Of a DNA stretch of 64,000 nt, positions 12,799 to 25,149 are shown piece by piece (positions within the stretch are counted from its first letter, which is position 1; the number at the start of each line of letters is the position of its first letter). Under the pieces are notes generated by a model. The model did not search any database, was not told the origin of the DNA, and worked only from the letters and a program-made list of their open reading frames with translations. Position numbers and translations under genes: made by a program. Source of the DNA: Eledone cirrhosa (lineage: Eukaryota); the NCBI GenBank assembly GCA_964016885.1, contig OZ024743.1:274908001-274972000 (forward strand), in the 5' to 3' direction.

Positions 12799-13371
12799 AT
12801 AGGCATTACCTCTTCTTCCAGACATACCAAGTAAAAAATTTGTTGAAATCATTGCAGATTCTTGACTCCATAGAGTGTATCTAGGAAAAAGCAACCCAAT
12901 AAAACTAAATTCCGCCGTGACTTTCACAAAATAAAATAGTCTAATAATAACGGGCCTATAAACCTAATTCAATTTTCAAGTTCCGCTTGCCGTTTTCTAA
13001 ACATACGTTCTTTGATAACCTAATATAGTTATTATGTGCGGTATCGTATCTCCTTCCTGGTTATAACGACAAGGCAAATTGAGCTTATATTGCAGGCTAA
13101 TGAAATATTCGGCAATTATATAATCTTCCTCTGTTTACAGCAGTGAGCTACGTGTGTTGGCTACGGACTCGATACAATGATGGCGTGGAATTCGGAACCA
13201 CCAAACTCTCTACTCGACTGTCTTGCAACTTTATTAATAAGACACTTGTCATAAATATTGTTGTGTTGTTGTTGTTTAGAGCAAAGTCAGACCTCAGCAA
13301 GTAGGGTTTCGATCAACGGCGTCCCTGTTGTAACTATCCCATTCCAATAATTTTGCTTCACATTTATGTTA

Positions 13372-13768
13372 ATAATTGTTTCTACTTTTGGCACAAGGCC
13401 AGCAATTACTCCAGTGCATTACCCCGTAAAAAGGAAATGCAAAATTAACCTCGGCGAGATTTGAACTCAGAAAGTAAAGGGCCATAACTCTAAGCTGCAA
13501 AGTATGGTATCTGACGCTCTACCGATACTGTCAATCCACCGCCCTAATAATGGTTTCTTATATAGACACAAGGCCATTAATTTGGGGGGAGGGGAAAGTC
13601 GATTAAATCGACCCCTGTGCGTGACTGGTACTTTATTTTATCTACCCCTTAAAGATGAAAGGCAAACTTAACCTTGCGGGATTTGAACTCAGATCATAAA
13701 GGGCCATAACTTTATGCTGCAAGGCATGGCGTCCTACCCTCTACCGATACTGCCAATCCACCGCCCTA
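13372..13768 (-). mobile_element. Two tandem SINE family A copies
   Basis: Family A body twice, each ending ctaccgatactg.caatccaccgcc (reverse A box). Confidence 0.8.
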
Positions 13769-16700
13769 GTAATGATAATAATTATTATTTCTAATTTAGG
13801 CACAAAACTAACAATGTTTGTGTAGCAAAAAGAGTTTTACGTTAATATGTTATTAGTGCACCAGTGAAATACGCAGCCACTTACATTGTATCTATGGAAT
13901 ACTCAACCATGTACACTAAGTATATGGCATGCTCAGCCACATACTACGTCTGTGGAATACTCAGTCACGTACAGTATGACTCATTTACACAGTCATAGAC
14001 TTATTGTAAGTGGCTGAACATTCGACAGATATAGTGCATGTGGCTGAGTATTCCACAGACACAGTGTAAGTGGCTGAGTATACTACAGTCACAATCTGGG
14101 TGCGTATTTCACTAACACGCTGTAAGTGACTGCATGTTTCACAGAACAACAACAACAACAACAACAACAAACCTCTCAGTAACACTCCTTTCGTTTGGTG
14201 TCCTAAATATGTGCTAATTTGGTTAGCTGGTTAATTTGGCTTGACCAAACACTGGACATAGATTGTGATGCGAGTTGAACTTGACGCGAGATTCATCATA
14301 TGTATGTGCTATTTTACATCCTGTAGAAGTTGCATAACAACTAGCGACGATGGAATAATACATTTTCAGCAAATCAGATTAGCTGGAAGTGGTTGCTGAC
14401 ACATCTACTTAGATCTCTGTTTTAAATGGCAATTGTAATATTTCACGACAAATTAAGTTATCATTATCATTACTTAAAAACACATTATAAATTCCTTGGA
14501 ATCCATTATTTAAACATACGCAAACACAGACATACAAACATATAAACACATACATATAAACACATACATATATGCGCATATAAAGACACAAACACACATG
14601 TACATTATATACGCATAAATACACACAGACAGATATACAAACATATAAACACATAAATATATGCAAATATAAAGACACACACACATACACACATGTATAT
14701 TATATATGCATAAACACGTACCCAGACAGATATACAAATATATAAGCACATTCATATATGCACATATAAAGACACACACACACACACACATATACATTGT
14801 ATACGCATAAACACAAGCACAGACAGACGGATATATAAACAAACATACAAATACATATAAACACTTACACGTATACACACAAACACATAGACGTACGTAC
14901 GAATAAACACAGACATACGTTAATGTGCAAAACAAATATATACACACAAAGACACTCATTCAAAGAAAAACACAAGACACACGTAGACATAAATATAGAT
15001 ACACATACATACAGGCACAAACGCTCATACATGCACAAGCATACGCATACATACACAAAAGTATACGTAGGTACATGCACACATCCAACAAATATACTAT
15101 AACACACAAATATACACACATCAACACACATACAATCACACGCATGTACACAAAACAATCACACATGCACATACATATATAATTATATAAATACAAACAT
15201 ATACAAACATACGCAAACACAAGCACAACTGTTTACACATATACACGCATATACCAACATGCATAAATCAGCACATTCTTGTAGACGCATACATATGTAC
15301 AAGCACACACATATATATATACACGCACAGAAGCACTGACACACACATGCATACACACACATACATATACACACTCACACATATACAAGCATACCCACAC
15401 TAAGGTAATCATGAGTTTAAGATGGCGGTTTCTAAAGACATTCAATTTTGACGATCTGGAAGTTGAGTTATTTCCCTTAACAAATTATATCTTTAAATGC
15501 TATTTTACTCTGTTACTTGTTCCAACTCACAGGATGTGGCATGCTGGGGCACTGCAATGGAAGTTATACTAGATGTTTTTATATCTGTTGTTTTTCTTGT
15601 ACAACACCCGATCAAACCAGATTATTCCAGTCATGATTATTTAATTTTGTTTTTGTACATCATGAATTAATTTTTTTCAATATGTCCTTCTTAATTTAAG
15701 ACGGTAGGGTATGATTTAAAAGTGATTTGGCTGTTATTTTTGACGAATCAATCGGTTGCACAGAGAATTACACATCGAACCTAAATATTCTAGTGTTGTT
15801 GCACATATATCCAGCTGTTGTTGTTTAGTCCTAGGTCAACTCTGATCGATTACAATACACCTTTGGTCATAGGCGTTCCAATTATGACTATCCTATCTTA
15901 TTTTTCGTCATAACGCAACTTGTATTAATTTATCCAATCTGTTCTTTATTAAGATGTAACATGAGGGGTCTTTGGTTGTTATTTATAACCGGTTAAACAA
16001 CCACGTAACAGCTCCTTCATTGGTTCGAGTGTGTCTGTCTGCTGTCTGTCTGTCTGTCTGTCTGGCACATACCTCTTGTCATCTAGTGTGTAGGTAATTG
16101 GTTTGACTTCCCACAAAGTAGCCATTTCAATCACTGATATGCCGAAAATACATGATTATCTTTGGCAAGAAAAAAACCGACGTCAAAATCTTGATAATGG
16201 GAGTATTTTCTTCTTCTTCTTCCCCTTCTCCTTCTTCTTCTTCTCTTCCTCCTCCATCTTCTTCTTCCCCTCCTCCCCCTTATGTTTCTTCTTATTTCCC
16301 TCCTCCTCCTCCTCCTCCACCTCCTCCTCCTCCTCCTCCACCACCTTCTTCTTCTTCTTCTCCTCCTTCTTCTTTTTCTCCTCCTCTACCTTCTTCTTCT
16401 TCTTCTTCTTCTTCTTCTTCTTCTAAACGCATTCGCCTGCGTATCTTACATAAACATACTCACATATACACATACATACATCTAAATACATGTAAGTATT
16501 CATGCACACACACACACGCTCACACAACATTCACGAATACACACATATGTACCAACACATGCACACATAACAACAAATATATATATATATACTTTCCCTA
16601 CCCTTGTTGGCCGTTCTAATTCCCTCCCTCCGTCTATCTACCTCTCCCCTATTTTTCTGTTTCTCTCACTCTATTCCCTAACTCTGTTCCCCAATTTCCC

Positions 16701-17144
16701 CTTCTCTCTCTCTCTCTCTCTCTCTTTCTCCCTCTATCTGTATCTTTCTCTCTTTATCTCCTGTCCTCCCCTTTCCTCTCCCTTTACCCACCTAGCCCCT
16801 CTCCCCTACTCACCCCATCTCTCTCACTCTCCTACTCTTTCTCTCTCCCTTGGCTGCTCTTTCCCCACTCACACCTCACACTCTCTCTTCCTCTCCCCAC
16901 CACTCACTCTCTAAACTCTATAATCTCTCTCTCTTCTTCACACCCCCCTCTCTATCCATTCTGTATCTCTCACTTTCTCTCTTCCTCTCTCGCATACTAT
17001 TTTCACGCCTGAAGGGATTTGAGAAAATGCTTCACTCTCCTCAATGAATCAGTTTAATTAGACAATTCCTCTCACCATTAATAAATTACCATCATTAAAC
17101 ATTAATATCATTATCATCATGATCAGCACCACATTTATCACCGT

Positions 17145-17430
17145 CACCATCACAATTACTCCATCATCACCACCATCATCATTACCACCATCGTCATCAC
17201 CATCGCCACCATCGCAATTACTTCCATCATCACCACCATCATCATTACCACCATCGTCATCACCATCGCCACCATCACAATTACTTCCATCATCACCACC
17301 ATCATCATTACCACCATCGTCATCACCATCGCCACCATCGCAATTACTTCCATCATCACCACCATCATCATTACCACCATCGTCATCACCATCGCCACCA
17401 TCACAATTACTTCCATCATCACTACCACCA
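17145..17430. repeat. 63-bp tandem repeat, ~4 copies
   Basis: caattacttccatcatcaccaccatcatcattaccaccatcgtcatcaccatcgccaccatc repeated. Confidence 0.85.
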
Positions 17431-17619
17431 CCATCATCATTACCATCAATATCATTATCATCATCACTACCGCTATCACAATTACTTCCTTACTTCCATC
17501 ACCATCATCATCGCCATCACCACTATTATCATCGTCGTCGTCTTCATAATCATCATCATCGTCATTAACAACAACAAAAACAAAACGAGAATCGTTATCG
17601 ATGATAATGTTCATCTCCG

Positions 17620-17770
17620 TCACGGTTGAGTGCTTATGGAGTTCGCTTCACAACCACGTGATTTTGGATCCTACAGTATGGAACCTTCGGCAAGTTTCTT
17701 CTGTTATAATTTCTGGTTGACCAATGCCTTGTGTATGATATTTCGTAGACGTAGACTATGCAGAAGCCTG
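17620..17770 (+). mobile_element. tRNA-derived SINE remnant (third family)
   Basis: Degenerate tRNA-like head followed by gcaagtttcttctgttata...gaccaatgccttgtgt...gaagcctgtc. Confidence 0.45.
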
Positions 17771-17806
<36 letters not shown>

Positions 17807-17810
<4 letters not shown>

Positions 17811-18870
17811 TATAAAGTATGTCCATAGAATCATTTGATAATATATATACATCATTTCCTCGCCCAATTAGCATAATTAACCACACAAAAAATCAATTAG
17901 ACCAGGCTATAAGATTAAAAGGCACCTATGAAGAAACAGTAAATAAATAAACGACAGCGATCTCTTCGCGGCTAACTGCTATAGAATATTTACCCAACAT
18001 TTCTACAGCACGTGGAAACCAATTAAATATACGGTCAACCATACACAATTAGGTATAAAATGAAAGTTAGAAATGCTATATACATACCAGGATAATGTCC
18101 CTACCCTTGGCTTTCGTTCGCATTTTGAGATATCCTATTAAGGATAAATATCGAGCTTCGAACTCGTCAGGAGACAAACTCGCTGGGACAGTTTATTTTC
18201 TGAAGTGGTCCCCGCCAAACACGAATTCAAAATGACTAAGAATTGTGACGTGGCAGTTGTCAAGTCAGAAGGAGTGTGATTGGTTGCTTACGGCGAGTGG
18301 GTTGGTTGCTAGATGGCGCAGCCCAATATTGCCCAGATTGCATCTCAACCTTATGGGAGATTATTAAATATAAAGATTTCCAAATACACCAATTAAACAA
18401 AGTCACAGATATATATGTGTGTTTTGGCAACCATTCACGATGTGGCTCAATGAAGATTTAATAAATTAAATAATCAGAGCAAATAATATAAGCATTTCTA
18501 ACTTTAATTTTATACCTAATTGTGTATGGTTGACCGTATGTTTAATTGATTTCCACGTGCTGTTGAACTGTTGGGTAAATATTCTATAGTGGTTGGCCGC
18601 GAAGAGATTGCTATCGTTTATTTATTTACTGTTTCTTCATAGGTGCCTTTTAATCTTATAGCCTGGTCTAATTGATTTTTTTGTGTGGTTAATTATGCTA
18701 ATTGGGAGAGGAAATGATGTATATATATTATCAAATGATTCTATGGACATACTTTATAGTATTTTGTTCTGATTATTTAATTTATTAATTCTTCATTGAG
18801 CCACATGGTGAATGGTTGCCAAAACACACATATATATCTGTGACTTTGTTTAATTGGTGTATATATAAAT

Positions 18871-18878
<8 letters not shown>
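17807..18878. mobile_element. (TA)n-flanked hammerhead-bearing element with inverted partial duplication (PLE pLTR/retrozyme-like)
   Basis: 17807-18077 is inverted at 18491-18762; 18367-18484 is inverted at 18763-18878; ribozyme at 18097-18175. Confidence 0.7.
18097..18175 (-). ncRNA. Type I hammerhead ribozyme
   Basis: Minus strand reads gtctc-CTGACGA-gttcg...cgaac-GAAA-gccaaggg-TA-gggac; stems I and II pair. Confidence 0.7.
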
Positions 18879-18922
<44 letters not shown>

Positions 18923-18954
18923 GCGCATCGCCTGGAGACTCGGCTGAGAATGAC

Positions 18955-19034
18955 CTCCCTGATGACGCAATGAAATTCTCAACGGTTCATTACGTAACTG
19001 TCTTTATCCCATTGCAGAAACTAATTAGTTGGAG
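18955..19034 (+). ncRNA. Type I hammerhead ribozyme with palindromic helix III
   Basis: ctcc-CTGATGA-c-gcaatg...cattgc-a-GAAA-ctaattag-TT-ggag; ACTAATTAGT palindrome; predicted GUU cleavage after 19030. Confidence 0.75.
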
Positions 19035-19511
19035 TGAAAATTTAAGTAAGTAAGTTAATTTTTTTTTTTTAATTTTTAAAAAAATTTTCTTATTTTACGT
19101 CTTTTATATTATTGTTCTGCATTCTCCTGCATCGAACCACCTAGGTACTATGACATAACCTGTGTATTTGCTGGCATTGGCGTACATCTGTGCGCTTATG
19201 TTAGTAGATATATTAAATTATCTATATTTATCTCCAAATCACTGATTTGTCGAGCAAACCTGCCAAAACCACTTCTAAAATTTTTTTTGGGGGGTGTTAG
19301 TAGGCGCTTGTCATCTTACCACCCCATTCCTACTGACTAGCCTCTGTGTCACGTGATTGATTCTTTAGAATCGGCCATATGATCAGTGGCAGTGAGAATT
19401 TTCAGTAGCTGGAATCCAGTCCTCGATAGCTGTTCCATTTACCGAATTATTATTATTTTTATATGAGTCGCCAATGTCCGCGCATCGCCTGGAGACTCGG
19501 CTGAGAATGAC

Positions 19512-19591
19512 CTCCCTGATGACGCAATGAAATTCTCAACGGTTCATTACGTAACTGTCTTTATCCCATTGCAGAAACTAATTAGTTGGAG
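19512..19591 (+). ncRNA. Type I hammerhead ribozyme (second tandem copy)
   Basis: Same sequence as 18955-19034; predicted cleavage after 19587. Confidence 0.75.
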
Positions 19592-19656
19592 TGAAAATTT
19601 AAGTAAGTAAGTTAATTTTTAAAAAAAAAATTTTTTTTTAATTTTCTTATTTTACG

Positions 19657-19709
<53 letters not shown>

Positions 19710-19714
<5 letters not shown>

Positions 19715-19895
19715 GTTTCTACTATTGGCACAAGGCCAGCAATTACCCAGAACATTACTGGTACTTTCTTTTATCGATCCCCGTAAGGATGAAAGGCAAA
19801 GTTAACCTCGAAGGGATTTGAACTCAGACCGTAAGGGGACGTAACTATGCTAGAAAGCATGGAGTCCGACCCTCTACCGATGCTGCCAATTCACC
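19710..19895 (-). mobile_element. SINE family A
   Basis: Full family A body in reverse orientation. Confidence 0.8.
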
Positions 19896-19945
19896 ATATA
19901 TAATAAAGATGAAAATGCGAAGTTGAAGATATTAGAGTCTTTTAT

Positions 19946-20015
<70 letters not shown>

Positions 20016-20180
20016 CCTAGCGTCCGATGACAGACCAGTATTAGAACGGCTCTACCACTGTAGTGGTGGCCATAACTGGACCCTGAAACCTAAGGCCGCA
20101 CACACATGTTAATTATACCAGCCGAATAGCTGGAACAGGTAAAAAAGTAAAAGCGTGTGTATATATATATATATATGTGT

Positions 20181-20233
<53 letters not shown>

Positions 20234-20689
20234 GCGTGTGTGTGTGTGTGTATACACACATATGTGTGTATGTCCGTCTATCTGAATCCTCGTCTGTATA
20301 TGCGAGGGGATGGGTGGGGTGAGTGTATGAGTGTAAGTCCGTCCCCTTATCTGTGTTTAAGGTCACTGCTAGTTTATGTCATGTAACTTAGTGGTTATAC
20401 TACACCATACCAATCACTTATACAGCTGTGTTTATCTGATTATACTTTCTCTTTCTCAGCCCTCTTTATTCAATGGGTTTTTGTGTTGATCAAAGTTTAA
20501 CGGATGATGTAAATATGTTGTTATTCATTTTATATGTGTATGTTTCTGTTCCGATTACTCAGTTATTCACTCAAGGTATAGTTTTTGTTTTGCTAAAGCA
20601 ACATATTCGTTCGTCTGTTTCATGAGTATTGTTAAATTTAGCATTGTGTATTCCATTGTGATAAACATAGTCCTGTCCAAAATTATTAA

Positions 20690-21098
20690 TAATTGTTTCT
20701 ACTTTAGGCACAAGGCCAGCAATTACCCAGTACATTACTGGTACTTTATTTTATCGACCCCCGTAAGGATGAAAGGCAAAGTTAACCTCGGCGGGATTTG
20801 AACTCAGACTGTAAAGGGACATAACTACGCTAGAAAGCATGGCGTCCGACCCTCTACCGATACTGCCAATTCACAATATAATATAATATAATATGATATA
20901 ATATAATATAATTATATCTACTTTTGGCACAAGGCCAGCAATTATCCCAGTGCATTACTGGTACTTTATTTTATCGACCCCGTAAGGATGAAAGGAAAAG
21001 TTAACCTCGACGGGATTTGAACTCAGATCATAAAGGGCCGTAACTCTTTGCTGCAAAGCATGGCGTCCGACCCTCTACCGATACTGTCAATCCACCAT
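20690..21098 (-). mobile_element. Two tandem SINE family A copies
   Basis: Family A body at ~20690-20875 and ~20915-21098. Confidence 0.8.
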
Positions 21099-21110
21099 AA
21101 TATATATATA

Positions 21111-21180
<70 letters not shown>

Positions 21181-21224
21181 TGTATGTATGTATGTATATA
21201 TATATATATATATATATGTATCAC

Positions 21225-21492
21225 AAAGAGGGCGTGGTGGACTATAACGCACCAGAATACTCAATACTTAGGGTAGCAGGGTGGGTAATAGTAAGAGAGT
21301 CATGACCCCGACGGCTGAGCTCCGGCCGTTTCGACAGATATTTCTGATTTTTTTTTTTTTTTTGTTTGACACTGCATGCCCATATATGAACTTGCCCCTT
21401 GATACGTTCAGCTAGATTCCTGCCGTTCTAATACTGGTGACTTAGTTCGAAACGGTCGGAGCTCAGCCGTCGGGGCCTTGATTCTCTTACTA
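21225..21492. mobile_element. (TA)n-flanked element with ~46-bp inverted repeats
   Basis: 21289-21334 is inverted at 21447-21492; a related fragment lies at 30730-30812. Confidence 0.55.
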
Positions 21493-22179
21493 TATATATA
21501 TATATATATATAAAGTACCAGTCCAGTACTGTGGTCGATTCTTCCTCTCTAGGAAAAATCGGTTGTGTTCAGACCTGGAGAGGGTTGGGCTCCGCCAAGT
21601 TTAAAAGTGCTCGAGACACACCATATAACGTGGCCTCTGGGGATCTTTATTCTTATTGTATATACTGTCACCATCTATAAATACATAAATATCTATACCC
21701 ACACATATGTTTATATACATATACATATATACATATACAACATATGCATATACATACATACAAATGCATACAGACATACATTCTCTCATACATACACATA
21801 TATACATATACTTATTCACAGATACACACATATACGCATACACACATACTTATACATGTACATATATATACATATCTAACGCTGAAATACAACTTCAGTT
21901 GAAATACATAGGGTATTAAGATGGGTAACAAAATAAATATTATACGTTAGTCTAAGCTAGAAGCAGGCTATAAAGGATTTATGAGACGACTATTCTGTGC
22001 GTTATTCATTTTATATATACATGTACTGAGACACACCTTTTATTTTATATATACATGTACTGAGACTCACATTACACCTGCAGACGTTGCATTTTGATAT
22101 ATGTTTCAATAAAGAAAGAACGTCAGAACTTCTTTCAGAAATGCAAGAACGATACGTCTTTGTTCTCTTCTTCTTTTTG

Positions 22180-22405
22180 GCTCACTTATTCCTGAGACCA
22201 GCGACTCCTGTCAGAAGTAACAGTCTCCAACTAATCCGACTGGATCCACAAGCGTGACCAGCCAAGCTCATGGATATTATCCGACCATCTTGCTCGAGGT
22301 CTACCCATGGGTCTCCTACCAGTTGGTTTTGCCCGTAAAATCTGTCCAGTGATTCTTTCCTGAGACATTCTAACCATATGCTCATAGTATTGTAGCTGAT
22401 TTCTT
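22180..22405 (-). mobile_element. RTE-clade LINE 3' fragment
   Basis: QLQYYEHMVRMSQERITGQILRAKPTGRRPMGRPRARWSDNI matches the RTE ORF2 C-terminus (W.GH..RM...RP.GRPR.RW.D). Confidence 0.75.
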
Positions 22406-23410
22406 AGTGACAGACGCTGCTGATTAAGAAAAGTGAGTCTAAGATATAACAAATATGGTGGTTTTGTACTTAATTACAAAAGCCCTAATTACACAGATCC
22501 TTGGCAAAATACGCGACCTTATGTACAAGAGTACTTGGTCATACATGGGAATTAATCATCACCATACGTCAGTGTTTTCTAAAGCAATTTCCAAGGAACT
22601 TCAGGGTTTCCCGAAAATATTTTGTGCTTCCGCAAGACAAAGATATCTTTTAATAATGTTTAATAAAATATTATTTTAAGCTATTTTTATGTGAATAAAT
22701 TTTGCTTCTAAAACAATTTTTGTCTCATTTAATGTTTTATTAAAAATTATCCATATATATAAGTATAGGTGCCTCCAATTTGACAAAATGAGTTTGGAAA
22801 CTACTGCCTTATTTAACCCTTTAGCATTGAAACCGACTGTATTCGGCCAGAATTCTCTCACCTTTTTCTGTTAAAACCGACCGCAACTAGCCACCCATAG
22901 TGATATTAAAGGATTATTCTCAAAATAAATAATATCAAAATCTCATAGATTCGATATTATGTACGATATTATTTGAGATAAAGCCTTTACCGCGAAAATA
23001 CAATAGTGTATCTAGAGTAATGCAAATGGTAAAGGGTTAAAAGTAAATCTTCACATTCAATGTCTTATGGACACTTGTCAAAAACAGGTTAATAAAAAGA
23101 TCAACATCATCATCAACAACAGCAGCAGCATCACCAATAACAGTAACACAATCATCAACAACAGCATCAACATCATCATCATCATCAACAACAAAATCAT
23201 TAACAACTGCAGCATCAGTTGTGGACAAGGGATAGAAAGGGGAGAGGCCACCATTTTGTTTGATCGACACAGGAAACAGGAAAAGCGTATTTCGTCTCCG
23301 GTTGGATTTGAAACAGCGCAGTGACTCACTAATAGATACTATATATCATCTACCTCGCATTACATAGTTGCATAGTAACATCTACACCCAACCCACATTT
23401 ATATATATAT

Positions 23411-23574
<164 letters not shown>

Positions 23575-23584
23575 TCATATATAT

Positions 23585-23618
<34 letters not shown>

Positions 23619-23778
23619 GGTGGCTGCCAACTCGTTTTCGAGTACGGCCTCTACTTTATATCCATGTAGGAGAACCCCTACAGATGCGCTGAACGAGTGT
23701 GACTTTTTAGTCCAGCCAGCGACTTGAAAACGCTGGTACAAACACTACACGTGAGACAATTATTGACACATAGTGCTG
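23619..23778 (-). mobile_element. RTE/BovB-type LINE extreme 3' end inside a (TA)n tract
   Basis: [22 protein letters not shown], the C2H2-like terminal motif of RTE-BovB ORFs, then a stop and short 3' UTR. Confidence 0.55.
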
Positions 23779-23878
23779 TGTATATATATATATATTTATA
23801 TATATATATATATATGTATATATATACATATATAAGTATATGTGTGTATATATATATGTGTATATATATGAGTATATG

Positions 23879-23950
<72 letters not shown>

Positions 23951-23954
23951 TATA

Positions 23955-24007
<53 letters not shown>

Positions 24008-24153
24008 TTATTAAAATAACAGATTAAAGTTTAAGCAAAGAATCGCTGCTTTCACCCTTAACGGGATCTTCTGCTCTACGGTTCTTATATATTTGATATA
24101 TATTTATCCTTATCGAGCCCTCTTTGGATTTTAGTCTTAACATTTATTATTAT

Positions 24154-24197
<44 letters not shown>

Positions 24198-24210
24198 GTA
24201 TATATATATA

Positions 24211-24244
<34 letters not shown>

Positions 24245-25149
24245 CCAATATACACCCACAAATCAATATGCATATTTATATACATGCATGCAATCGCGTA
24301 GGTTTTCACATAACTATGCAACTAAACTGGCCGCATACATATATATAAATATATATATATCGATATGTCCATATATGTGCGGTGAGCGTGTATAAATACA
24401 TACATACATATATATATATATATATGTGTGTGTGTATGTATGTATGTATGTATGTATGTATGTATGTATGTATGTATGTATGTATGTATGTATGTATGTA
24501 TGTATGTATGTATGTATGTATGTATGTATGTATGTACGTATGTATGTATGTAAGCAAGCATGTATGCGCGCGTGTGTGGCTGTGTAATCATGTGTGCATG
24601 GATTTGTCACATTCCAAACCGGATGTCAGGTCTATGATCTGTCTTTGATATCGTCCATTAGCCATCGTTCGATATATTATCAATACGCCACCTCCATCCA
24701 TCGACACTAGCACACACTTGCACACACACACACACACACACGGGTGCATATACACAGTTATACACACACATACAGGAACTCGCATGGTAAACACTCCTGC
24801 TTATTACAACTACGGTTACCACCACCACAACCACTACAACCATTGCCACAAGCAATACTAACAGCAGCAGCAGCAGCAGTACCAGTACCAACAACAGCAG
24901 CAGCACCATCATCAGCAATGCCATTATTAATATCGACCCCACAAACACCAGCAGCACCCTTACCAGCAGCAACACTGCCACACCAGCAATACCACTACCA
25001 ATAGCACCATCACCAACTGCACCACTACCATTACCACCACCACATGCAGCAGCACCACCATCACCAATAATACTACTACCATTAGTTGAACCATCATCAA
25101 CAATACCACTACCATTACCACCACACTAGCAATACCACTGCCAGTAGCA

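Larger units (their letters stand above)
18917..19662 (+). mobile_element. Retrozyme-like element: 557-bp unit plus ~190-bp terminal repeat, between (TA)n tracts
   Basis: 18917-~19105 is repeated at 19474-~19662; each repeat holds a hammerhead. Confidence 0.75.

Noticed and set aside
23700-23765. Host C2H2 zinc-finger exon
   Set aside because: Single finger followed by a stop, inside (TA)n, with no linker or splice context; fits an RTE LINE terminus.
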